Under the pieces are notes generated by a model, which was not told the origin of the DNA, made no database searches, and saw only the letters and a list, made by a program, of their open reading frames with translations. From an uncultured Gemmatimonadales bacterium (GTDB taxonomy: Bacteria; Gemmatimonadota; Gemmatimonadetes; Longimicrobiales; RSA9), in assembly GCA_963708135.1 (NCBI GenBank), contig OY970192.1, positions 1,120,001 to 1,184,000 on the forward strand: a stretch of 64,000 nucleotides of DNA, in the 5' to 3' direction. Position 1 is the first letter of the stretch; the number at the start of each line of letters is the position of its first letter. Made by a program: the position numbers and the translations under genes. Shown here piece after piece: positions 49,568 to 58,366 of this stretch.

Positions 49568-50664
49568 CAACCGAAACCTCACCGGCGCCGACCCTCACGG
49601 GGGTCGAGGCCCGCACGGTCCGCTCCTCCCGCCTCGCCACGCGCGTGCTCTTCTCGGGCCGCGCCGACGGCGTGCCCGTCCTCTTCCTCCACGGCAACCT
49701 GAGCTCCGCCACGTGGTGGGAGCAGACGATGCTCGCGCTGCCGGACGGCTTCCGCGCCATTGCGCCCGACCAGCGCGGCTTCGGCGAGGCCGACTCCGCC
49801 GCCACGATCGACGCCACCCGCGGCCTCGCCGACCTCGCGGACGACGCCTTCGCGCTCCTCGACGCGCTCGCCATCGCGCGCGCGCACGTCGTCGCGTGCT
49901 CGCTCGGCGGCGGCGTCGTCTGGCGCATGCTCGCCGACGACCCCGCGCGCATCCTCTCCGCCACGCTCTCCGCCCCCGGCTCGCCGTACGGCTTCGGCGG
50001 CACCATCGACGCGGAGGGCACGCCCGCCTGGGGCGACCACGCGGGCAGCGGCGCCGGGCTCGTCCACCCCGAGCTCGCCCGCCGCCTCGCGGAAGGCGAC
50101 CGCTCCGCCGACCACCCGCTCTCCCCGCTCAACGGGCTCCGGCGCCTGGTCTGGAACCCGCCGTTCATCCCCGCCCGCGAGGCCGCGCTGCTCGACGCCA
50201 CGCTGCGCACTCACCTCGGACGCGACGCCTACCCCGGGGACGCCCAGCCCTCGCTCAACTGGCCCTTCTTCGCCCCCGGAATGCGCGGCCCGAACAACGC
50301 CATCTCGCCCGCCTACGCGGGAGGCGTCGAGCGGCTCTGGGAAGGCGACGCCGCGCGCCCGCCGATCCTGTGGATCCGCGGCGACCGCGACCTCGCCGTC
50401 TCCGACGCCGCCGCCTCCGACCCCGGCACCCTCGGTCGCTTGGGGCTCATCCCCGGCTGGCCCGGAACCGACGTCTTCCCGCCGCAGCCGATGCTGCGCC
50501 AGACCCGCCGGGTGCTCGAGCGCTACGCCGCCGCGGGCGGCGCGTTCCGGGAGCACGTCATGCCCGGCGCGGGCCACGCCCCGTTCCTCGAGCGCGCGGA
50601 GGAGTTCGACGGACTGCTGCACGCAATGCTCCGCGAGCCGGTGGGGACGGTGAAAGATGGTTGA
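49564..50664 (+). CDS. Alpha/beta hydrolase
   Basis: LHGN, PDQRGFG, ACSLGG, GHAPFLE. Confidence 0.88.
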   Translation: MTTETSPAPTLTGVEARTVRSSRLATRVLFSGRADGVPVLFLHGNLSSATWWEQTMLALPDGFRAIAPDQRGFGEADSAATIDATRGLADLADDAFALLDALAIARAHVVACSLGGGVVWRMLADDPARILSATLSAPGSPYGFGGTIDAEGTPAWGDHAGSGAGLVHPELARRLAEGDRSADHPLSPLNGLRRLVWNPPFIPAREAALLDATLRTHLGRDAYPGDAQPSLNWPFFAPGMRGPNNAISPAYAGGVERLWEGDAARPPILWIRGDRDLAVSDAAASDPGTLGRLGLIPGWPGTDVFPPQPMLRQTRRVLERYAAAGGAFREHVMPGAGHAPFLERAEEFDGLLHAMLREPVGTVKDG

Positions 50665-51472
50665 AAGGACGGCGGACGGCGGCACGACGAACACCGGCAC
50701 GACCGACACCGGCACGACCGACACCGGCACGGCTGACGGCGGCACGACGAACACCGGCACGACCGACACCGGCACGACTGACGGCGGCACGACGAACACC
50801 GGCACGACCGACACCGGCACGACTGACGGCGGCACGACTGACGGCGGCACGACTGACGGCGGCACGACCGCCGGCGGCACGACCAGCCTCGGGGTGGGGA
50901 GGGCGGGGCCGGGCGCGAAGGGGTTGACCGTACTGGCCACGTTGGCATACATCCGCCGCACGGCCGGGGAGGAGCGGATGGAGGCGGTGCTCGGGCGGCT
51001 GCCCGAGAAGGCGCGGCGGGGGCTGAAGGGAATCGTCGCCACGGAGGAGGTGCCGTGGCAGGTGCTGTCGGGGCTGCTGCGGGCCGCCGATGCGGTGCTC
51101 GCGGCGGACGACCCGGGCTGGATCGAGGCGGCCGGTGCCTACGCGATCGAGTCGCTCGGGGTGGAGTACTACGGCGGGATACTGCGCAAGAAGAGCCCGC
51201 TCGAGTTTCTCATGCAGCCCGTCTCGCTCTTCCAGCTCTACTATCACCCCGGCAACATGGAGGTGGTCGAGGCCGGCACCGGCCTGGCCGTGCTGCGGCT
51301 GGTCGGCTTCGAGCACGGCAACGTCCTCTTCTGCCGCCGCCAGACGGGCGGCCTGCGCCGAGCGCTCGAGCTCGCGGGCGGCCGCCAGCCGACCGTCCGC
51401 CACGTTCGCTGCACCGAGGACGGCGACGGCTACTGCGAATGGGAGCTGCGCTGGGGAGAAGCGGGGGAGTAA
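50657..51472 (+). CDS. Hypothetical protein with V4R-like C-terminus; N-terminal repeat in frame (alternative start GTG 50894)
   Basis: KG motif, then C...G...ALELAG and HVRCTEDGDGYCEWELRW. Confidence 0.7.
   Translation: MVERTADGGTTNTGTTDTGTTDTGTADGGTTNTGTTDTGTTDGGTTNTGTTDTGTTDGGTTDGGTTDGGTTAGGTTSLGVGRAGPGAKGLTVLATLAYIRRTAGEERMEAVLGRLPEKARRGLKGIVATEEVPWQVLSGLLRAADAVLAADDPGWIEAAGAYAIESLGVEYYGGILRKKSPLEFLMQPVSLFQLYYHPGNMEVVEAGTGLAVLRLVGFEHGNVLFCRRQTGGLRRALELAGGRQPTVRHVRCTEDGDGYCEWELRWGEAGE
50681..50884 (+). repeat. Solo type-A array: 13 full 15-bp GGCACGAC units plus a partial unit
   Basis: Read directly; translates as (GTTDT/GTTDG/GTTNT)n. Confidence 0.92.
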
Positions 51473-51481
51473 GGGGCGGGA

Positions 51482-51630
51482 GCACAAGCTGACTGCGGCA
51501 CGGCTGACTGCGGCACGACCGACTGCGGCACGGCTGACTACGGCACGGCTGACTGCGGCACGACCGACTGCGGCACGGCTGACTGCGGCACCACCAACTG
51601 CGGCACCAACAGCGGCACGGCTGACCGCGG
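51482..51630 (+). repeat. Type-A tandem array
   Basis: GACTGCGGCACGRCY units. Confidence 0.92.
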
Positions 51631-51662
51631 GCGGACTCGGGAGCGGGGGGGCGGGGCTGCTT

Positions 51663-52010
51663 TCAGGGCGGTAATGTCGCGGACCAGGAAGTAAGCATCT
51701 TCGCAATCGTCACGGTCAGCGCGGTGGCCTTGGTGATTGCGGCAGGCTCGAGCCCACCGCGATTGGCCAGCCGGCGCAGGATCGCGCGGGTTTCATCCAC
51801 TGAGCCGCGAGCGATCTCCAGGTGGTTGCGCTTCCGGCCTGGCTGCTCGGATCCGTACGCCTGGGCAATGTTGTACAGGACGGATCCCGCTGCGCGGCGA
51901 AGCTGGTCGATGTCCCTGCTGAAGCCCGGCGGAAGCCGCGCGATCAGCACGTGCACCTCCGCGTCGAGCCGCTCCGCCGCCTGGTACACCCGTAGCCGTT
52001 CGAAGCTCAT
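51663..52010 (-). CDS. Four helix bundle protein (23S rRNA IVS / Avd-like)
   Basis: 115 aa: FERLRVYQ.A, DQLRRAAGSV..NIA, HLEIARGS..E. Confidence 0.9.
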   Translation of the reverse strand: MSFERLRVYQAAERLDAEVHVLIARLPPGFSRDIDQLRRAAGSVLYNIAQAYGSEQPGRKRNHLEIARGSVDETRAILRRLANRGGLEPAAITKATALTVTIAKMLTSWSATLPP

Positions 52011-52198
52011 GGCCGAGGATGGCTGCGCGATCGGGGCACCGCCATGCCCGTCGGGGACGATGCTCGTGCCGCTCGAGTAGCCGCCGCCGGGATCCACGGA
52101 AGGGGCCTTGATCGCCGGACGGAGCGCCGCCAGAAGGCGCAGATCGGGTTGGACGACGCCCACCAGTGGACGCACGCGCTGCACGATCAGCACCTCGA

Positions 52199-52582
52199 CT
52201 ACCAGGGCGCTCCGCCCTCCCGGCGCTTGGTCCACAGGTCCGAGCTCGGGCCGGTAGGCACTCCCCCCGCCGCTTTCAACTGCTTCTGACGCTGGTGCCT
52301 GACGCGAAGGACCCACGCGGTGTCTTCGGGACGTCGTAGAGAACTCGGTATCCGTTCGAGAGTATGACGTTCCGGACGTCGCGACCCCAGGCGGCACGCT
52401 CCGGCGCGTACGGGTGACGCTTCGCGAACTGGTCCAGGCGGTGGATGCCCTCCATGACATCCTCGAACCACCGATCCGGAAACTCGACGCTCACCTTGCC
52501 TGAACGCGCTCGGGCTTCGAGTTCCTGGTGGATCCGCTCGAATGTCTCGCTCTGCCGATGGAGCGACGCCGATGGCGTACAC
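52199..52582 (-). pseudogene. RelE/ParE-family toxin, frameshifted
   Basis: Fragments YAIGVAPSAERDI / WFEDVMEGIHRLDQFAKRHPYAPE...VRNVILSNGYRVLYDV / TAWVLRVRHQRQ in different frames. Confidence 0.72.
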
Positions 52583-52613
52583 CCGCTACCGCGCCCGCCG
52601 CCGGACGTTCAGC

Positions 52614-52672
52614 CCGCCTCAAGTCGTTGCCGCCGCAAGTAGTGCCGCCGTAGAAGCAGTTGCCGCCGTAAG
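52614..52672 (-). repeat. Short type-B array
   Basis: CCGCCTCAAG, TTGCCGCCGCAAG, GTAGTGCCGCCGTAG, GCAGTTGCCGCCGTAAG. Confidence 0.8.
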
Positions 52673-52686
52673 AGCCGTCCCTCCTC

Positions 52687-53478
52687 TCAGCCGGGTGCTT
52701 TCACTCCCGCGAGCACGTCGATCACGGCTGCGGGGTCCCGCAGCTCGCGGGCGCGCACGACCCAGAGGGCCGCGGTCAGCGACGGTCCAGGGTTCAGGAT
52801 CCGCCGCCCGAGCTGCTCGACGATCCGGTCCTGCAGCGCCACCTGCGCGTCGAATCCGGCGGGCGTCTCCGCGGCGAGGAGCTGCGCCGCCTGCCACGCC
52901 GTGCCGCGTGTCGCGGAGAGGCCGAAGGCGGCGAGTCGCTCGTCCTCGCGGCCCGCGAGCGCGTCCAGCAGCCCGGACCACGGCGAGATCCGGTTCAGCC
53001 GCTGCTGCACGGATTCGATCATTCCGTCCAGCAGCGTGGTGATCTCGCGGAAGTCGCGCTCGAGTCCCGGCAGCTGCGCGCCGGGCGAGGTCCTGGCCGC
53101 CGCGATCGCGAGGTCGAGGTTGATGTGCGCGTTCATCCCCGCGAGCAGGTGCTGCAGCACCACGGGTGGCCAGGTGGCGGCGGCGCGGAACGCGAGTGCC
53201 CAGCTGCGCGTCGTCTCCTGTCCGGCACGCTGACGCCAGAGCGCGTCGAGGTAGCGGCCCGCGAAGAGGACGTCGAGCCGCTCCATCCTCGCGCCATCCA
53301 CGAATCGGCCGCCGGCGATTCCGCGCTGGACCTCCGCCGTGACGCCACGGTAGAGGACGGCGAAGTAGCCGAGCCGGCTGCGCGTCCGGCGGCACTCATC
53401 CACGACGCGGTCGAGCTCCTCGAGCACGCCGTCGATCGTGGCCGGCAGGAGTCGGGTGTCGACGTTCGGCAAGGGCAT
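52687..53478 (-). CDS. DUF5995-family protein
   Basis: RLGYFAVLY..VT, LDVLFAGRY, LLAGMNAHINLDL. Confidence 0.8.
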   Translation of the reverse strand: MPLPNVDTRLLPATIDGVLEELDRVVDECRRTRSRLGYFAVLYRGVTAEVQRGIAGGRFVDGARMERLDVLFAGRYLDALWRQRAGQETTRSWALAFRAAATWPPVVLQHLLAGMNAHINLDLAIAAARTSPGAQLPGLERDFREITTLLDGMIESVQQRLNRISPWSGLLDALAGREDERLAAFGLSATRGTAWQAAQLLAAETPAGFDAQVALQDRIVEQLGRRILNPGPSLTAALWVVRARELRDPAAVIDVLAGVKAPG

Positions 53479-53601
53479 TACCTGGACCCGCTTCTTGGGG
53501 GGGGAATTTCGGCCGCCCGCGGACCCCCGGGGGGGAAGGGGGCCCGGGCACCAAGGTAGGGCGCGTGGCTCCGTTTGGGGATGGTCTTAACCACGAGGTG
53601 C

Positions 53602-54099
53602 CGGCGCGACGGACTACGACCGACAGCGGCACGACCGACTACGGCGAACTGCGGCACCACCGACTGCGGCACCGCCGACCGCGGCACGACCACTACGGCG
53701 AACTGCGGCACGACTCGCTGCGGCACCGCGGACTGCGGCATGACGGACTGCGGCACCGCCGACTACGGCACGACGGACTACGACCGACAGCGGCACGACC
53801 GACTACGGCGACCTGCGGCACGACGCACTACGGCACCGCCGACTGCGGCACGACGGACTGCGGCACCGCCGACTGCGGCACGACGGACTGCGGCACCGCC
53901 GACTGCGGCACGACGGACTGCGGCACCGCCGACTACGGCACGACCAAATACGACCGACTGCGGCGAACTGCGGCACGACTCGCTGCGGCACCGCGGACTG
54001 CGGCACGACGGACTGCGGCACCGCCGACTACGGCACGACGGACTACGACCGACAGCGGCACGACCGATTACGGCGACCTGCGGCACGACTCGCTGCGGC
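53602..54099 (+). repeat. Long type-A array with internal ~125-bp duplication
   Basis: 53701-53824 is nearly identical to 53966-54089. Confidence 0.92.
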
Positions 54100-54141
54100 C
54101 AGGCTCGTGAGCCGCGCCGGAGTGCGGCACCTACTGCTCGT

Positions 54142-54290
54142 CCCGCCTCAAGTAGTGCCGCCTCGCTGCCGCCGCAGGTGGTGCCGCCGTAGGTAGTGCC
54201 GCCGTAAGGTAGTGCCGCCGTAAGTGGTGCCGCCGTAAGTAGTGCCGCCGTAAGCAGTGGCGCCGCCGTACGCAGTGCCGCCGTATGCAG
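54142..54290 (-). repeat. Type-B tandem array
   Basis: GTAGTGCCGCCGTAA units. Confidence 0.9.
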
Positions 54291-54295
54291 TCCGC

Positions 54296-55624
54296 TCAGT
54301 CCGGCGCGGATTCCCCTGCCACCTGCGCCCCAACTGGCCGGCGGAAGGTGTATAGCCCCGCGCCGATCAGAAGGGCGACTGCGCCCGCGAGCAGGCTCGC
54401 GCGGCTCGAGCTTGCCACCAGGGCGAGCGAGACCGCGACTGCCGCGCCCGGAATGAGCGCTCCGCCCGGCAGCCGGAGCGCGCCCGGCCGCTCGCCGAAT
54501 CGGCGCCGCAGGATCGGCACCGCCGCCGTCGTCGTCACATATGTGACCAGACGCGCGATCACGGAGACGAGCGCAAGGGTCACGAACGAGCCGGACAGCG
54601 CGAGCACGAGCGCGGCCGCGGACTGCACCACGATCGCCGTGGCGGGCGTGTGGTAGCGGGGGTGGATACGGGCGAGGGCGCGCGGGCCGTAGCCGTCGGC
54701 GGAGAGCGCCAGCGCGAAGCGCGGGCCCGCGAGCGTCGCGGCCGCGTTCGTCCCGAGCATGGACACGAGCGCCCCGACCGTGAGCAGCAGCGCCGCCGCG
54801 GGGCCCGCGAAGCGGCCGGCCGCCTCCGCGAGCGGGGACGCCGACGCGGCCAGGTCCGGCAGCGTCCCGAGCGCCACCACCTGCACCGCCGTGTAGAGGG
54901 CCATCACGATCACCACCGTCGCCAGCAGCGCGAACGGCACGTCCCGGCGCGGGTCGCGGTACTCGCCGGCCGCGGCGGGCACGTTCTCGAAGCCCGCGTA
55001 GGCGAACAGCAGCAGCAGCGCCGCCCGCCCGAGTCCGCCCGAGCCCGGCACCGCCACGTGCGAGACGGCCCCCCAGTCCACGAACCACAGGCCGACCGCC
55101 ACGAAGAAGAGCAGCGGCAGCGCCTTCCCCACGAGCAGCACCACGGTCGCGCGCGCCCCGGCCTTCACCCCGGCCACGTTGATCCACGTCAGCCCCGCGA
55201 GCGGCAGCGCGATCACCGCCGCTCTCCCCCAGCCGCCGTGCGCCGCCGGCCACAGGTACCCCGTCGCCAGCGCCATCCCGTTCGCCAGCGACGCCACGGA
55301 CGTCATCCGCGCCAGCCAGCACATCCAGCCCACCTCGCAGGCGACGAGCGGGCCGAACGCTTCCCGCGCGTACAGGTACGGCCCGCCCGCCTCCTCGAAG
55401 TGGCTCGCCGCCTCCGCGAAGCACAGCGCGATGAGCCCCACCGCGAGCCCCGCCACGATCACCGCCAGCGTGCTCGCCGCCCCCAGCACCGCCGCGGCCG
55501 CCGCCGGCAGCAGGAAGACCCCGCTCCCGACCACCTGGTTCACCGAGATCGCCACCACCTCCCACCGCGACACCACGCGCTGGAGGGTCGGCGGGGCAGG
55601 GGAGGCCGCCGTGCTCGAACCCAT
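54296..55624 (-). CDS. APC-family amino acid permease
   Basis: VGSGVFLLP, GGPYLYAREAFG, FAYAGFE, HPRYHTP. Confidence 0.9.
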   Translation of the reverse strand: MGSSTAASPAPPTLQRVVSRWEVVAISVNQVVGSGVFLLPAAAAAVLGAASTLAVIVAGLAVGLIALCFAEAASHFEEAGGPYLYAREAFGPLVACEVGWMCWLARMTSVASLANGMALATGYLWPAAHGGWGRAAVIALPLAGLTWINVAGVKAGARATVVLLVGKALPLLFFVAVGLWFVDWGAVSHVAVPGSGGLGRAALLLLFAYAGFENVPAAAGEYRDPRRDVPFALLATVVIVMALYTAVQVVALGTLPDLAASASPLAEAAGRFAGPAAALLLTVGALVSMLGTNAAATLAGPRFALALSADGYGPRALARIHPRYHTPATAIVVQSAAALVLALSGSFVTLALVSVIARLVTYVTTTAAVPILRRRFGERPGALRLPGGALIPGAAVAVSLALVASSSRASLLAGAVALLIGAGLYTFRRPVGAQVAGESAPD

Positions 55625-56031
55625 GCGTTCGCCTTCGCCGATCGGTTGAGAGTGGGGAGCCGGGTCCATGGTGGGGGCGGGACGCGGCGGTGTCAACGGT
55701 GGCCGCGGGCCCATGCCCAACCCGAACCGCACCCGGACCCGTTGGTCGAGGTCGCCCCGCGGCCGCCGGGCCGCCGGCGCGCTCTCATGCCCTCACAATC
55801 GACTTGATGTCGGGACTGTCAAGCTGTTGAGCGGTGAATGCTTGCGCGCGGCACCCGCAGGCGGTTCCGAGCCCCGGGCCCGGTGCCCAGCCAGGGGGAT
55901 CAGCTCGGCCGGGCTCCCGCGCTCGTCCTGGACGTGTGCAGCGCCGCGGGCGACGCGCTCAGCGCAGCCACCCGAGCCCGTCCCGCACCGGGTTGCCGCC
56001 CGACGCCTCGGCGGCGCGCATCGACCCGCGA

Positions 56032-56886
56032 TCACGGCGCCAGCTCGAAGATGATCGGAATGGCCACCCACACCTTCACCCGGCGATCCCGGTAGATCCC
56101 GGCCGAGAACTTCATCCTGTCCGCCACCTGGAGCGCGGCCCGGTCGAGGGCCGGATGGCCCGAGCTCTCCTTCAGCCGCGTGCGCACCACCCGGCCGCCC
56201 TCGTCGATCAGCAGCCAGACGAGGGACGTGCCGCCGATCCCGGCGTCGCGCTCCTGGCGCGGGTAGAGTCGGCGCAGCACCGCGGCCACCTCCTCGCGGT
56301 TCTTCAGCTCGGGGGCGACGGTGAACGGCGTCCGCGTCGGCCCGCTCATGAGCGTCGAGTCCTCGCCTCCGGGTGCCACCATGACCAGGGCGCCCGGCGG
56401 CACGACCACCGCGGCCCCGCTCCCGCTCCCGCCCTCCACCCCCTCGCCCGTGTAGTCCGCGGCGTCCGTCGCGGCGCCGCCCGGGCCGATCGCGGTCGGG
56501 ATGGCGCGCGGCGCCTGGAGCACCTGGAACCCGCGTGGCAGCTCCTTCAGCACGATCCGCGGCGGCGGCGCCGGGCCGCGCAGCACCGGCAGGCGCCGCA
56601 GCACGGTGGGCGCGCTCGGCCGTGGCGGCGCGGCGAGGCGGGGGGGCGGCGGCGTCTCCGTCGCCGGGAGCGGCGAGTAGTGGATCAGCGTGACCTCCTC
56701 CTCGAGCGCGGGCGCGACCGGCCGCGTGGCCATGAGGCTCACCCACACGAGCGCGCTCGCCACCGCCACGTGCAGCCCGAGCGAGCCGCCCAGGGCCGTG
56801 GCGGTGCTGCGCCGGTGTGGCGCGGGCGCGGAGAAGTAGAGGTGCTGGAGGAGCGGCGGATCGGCTGCGACGCTGTGCGTGTCCAT
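56032..56886 (-). CDS. tonB: Energy transducer TonB
   Basis: TM helix with S...H, Pro-rich linker, YP..R.AGIGG, SSGHPALD.AAL. Confidence 0.88.
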   Translation of the reverse strand: MDTHSVAADPPLLQHLYFSAPAPHRRSTATALGGSLGLHVAVASALVWVSLMATRPVAPALEEEVTLIHYSPLPATETPPPPRLAAPPRPSAPTVLRRLPVLRGPAPPPRIVLKELPRGFQVLQAPRAIPTAIGPGGAATDAADYTGEGVEGGSGSGAAVVVPPGALVMVAPGGEDSTLMSGPTRTPFTVAPELKNREEVAAVLRRLYPRQERDAGIGGTSLVWLLIDEGGRVVRTRLKESSGHPALDRAALQVADRMKFSAGIYRDRRVKVWVAIPIIFELAP

Positions 56887-56960
56887 GGGGCCTCCCGGCT
56901 TGCCGGGGGCGCCGCGGCGCGCGCGTGGCCGTGCGAGCGCCGGCGCCCGCCGCACAGAGG

Positions 56961-57017
56961 TGTCAACCGCCGTGCCACGGCCCGTGCCGGATGGAAGCGT
57001 TGCAATGTGTTGCAACG
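56961..57017 (-). promoter_or_regulatory. Candidate tonB promoter: sigma54-like TGGCACG-N4-TTGA plus CGTTGCAA-N4-TTGCAACG palindrome
   Basis: Read directly about 75-130 bp upstream of tonB. Confidence 0.45.
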
Positions 57018-58285
57018 ATAGGAGTTACGTCACGATGTCGGCGGCGGCCCCCGGCCGCTCCGTCGCGTCCTGCCGCGCCCCGGGACTTTGTGCCGCTGGC
57101 GACGTCGCCCCGCCGGGCTCGCCGCGCCCGGTCCACGCCGGCCGGTGCTGGCGGCAAGACGGTGGCGGGCCGCCCGCTCACCCTCGCGAAGAACCCGCTC
57201 AGCGCGTCCGCCGTGCGCTCGAGCGCGCGCGCGCCGTCGATCGGGCCGAGCAGGCCGACCAGGTGCAGCGCCGGGCTGAACAGGGCGGCGGCGTCGGTGA
57301 AATCGAAGTGGCGGGCACCGCGCAGCGTGAGTCGGGCGCTCCCGGGGGCGTTCCGCAGGATGGCGTCGATCTCGCGCGCCGCGTCGCGCGCGGCCGGGTC
57401 GCCCCTGCCCGTGCTCTCGCTGGCCACGTACAGCACGGGCCGGTCGAGGCCGGTGCGGGCGACGGTGCCGAACGGCCAGCCGTCGAGGTCGGCGGCGCCG
57501 GCGCAGCGCGCGTCCTCGCGGCAGGCCTCGAGCGCCGCGGCGCCGCCGAAGGAGTGGCCCCAGAGGCCGAAGCGAAGGGTGTCCAGCCGTCCCGCGAACG
57601 CTCCGTCTGCCGCGCGGTCGAGCCGCGTCGCCTCGTCCATGGCGAAGCGGTCGTCGGCCGCCCACACGCGGATGAGGGCGTCCGCGGCGCGCCGGAGCTG
57701 CGCCGGCGTGCCGTTCTCGGGCAGCGTCCCGCGCGCCGTGGGCGCCACGGCCTCGCCGTCCAGCACCGTGAGCGTCGCGCTGTAGGTGGGGTTCACGCCG
57801 ATCACCACGTAGCCGCGGCTGGCCAGCGCCTCGGCGAGCGACGTGTAGTCGCTCACGCTCGGGCCCATGCCGGGCTCGAAGACCAGAACGGGGAAGGGTG
57901 CCGTCGCCGCGGCGGGCGGCGCGTCGGCGCGCGCGTGGGAGCGCACCGCCGTCGTCGCCTGGAAGAGCAGCGCCGCGGGGCCGCTCCGCTCCGCCTCGTG
58001 GGCCCTCTCCCACGCGGGCGGCAGGTACGGCGCCGGCGTCCCCCCTGCCTGCGCCGGGTACCAGATCCACACCGCCAGCCGGCGCGGCCCGCCGCTCCCG
58101 CCGAGCGTCTCGCGGCGCGCGGAGTCGGTCCACACGGCGACGATCCGCCCGACCGCGTGAATCCCGCCCGGCGCCGGCAGCGTGGCGGTGCGGTGGCGTC
58201 GCAGGGCGAGGAAGAGGACGGTGCCGGCGAGCAGCACGAGGAGCAGGGCGACGCCGCCGCCCACCGCCTTCAGCGCGCGCCTCAC
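56963..58285 (-). CDS. Alpha/beta hydrolase (PAF-acetylhydrolase-like)
   Basis: IWYPA, FPVLVFEPG, LASRGYVV, GHSFGG, LDG, HFDFTD. Confidence 0.85.
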   Translation of the reverse strand: MRRALKAVGGGVALLLVLLAGTVLFLALRRHRTATLPAPGGIHAVGRIVAVWTDSARRETLGGSGGPRRLAVWIWYPAQAGGTPAPYLPPAWERAHEAERSGPAALLFQATTAVRSHARADAPPAAATAPFPVLVFEPGMGPSVSDYTSLAEALASRGYVVIGVNPTYSATLTVLDGEAVAPTARGTLPENGTPAQLRRAADALIRVWAADDRFAMDEATRLDRAADGAFAGRLDTLRFGLWGHSFGGAAALEACREDARCAGAADLDGWPFGTVARTGLDRPVLYVASESTGRGDPAARDAAREIDAILRNAPGSARLTLRGARHFDFTDAAALFSPALHLVGLLGPIDGARALERTADALSGFFARVSGRPATVLPPAPAGVDRARRARRGDVASGTKSRGAAGRDGAAGGRRRHRDVTPIVATHCNASIRHGPWHGG

Positions 58286-58366
58286 GGCGGCGGCCGCCGC
58301 GCCCGCCCGGTGTTCCCGCGTCGCGCGCGGTGCGCGCCGTCGCGGCGGTGCACGGCCCGGCTCCCC

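Noticed and set aside
51663..52010. Diversity-generating retroelement (Avd-like gene)
   Set aside because: No reverse transcriptase and no TR/VR pair with adenine-specific mismatches; differences between copies are indels and mixed substitutions.
26290..54290. GGCAC arrays as CRISPR arrays
   Set aside because: Units are contiguous 15-18 bp with no unique spacers, and there are no cas genes in the window.
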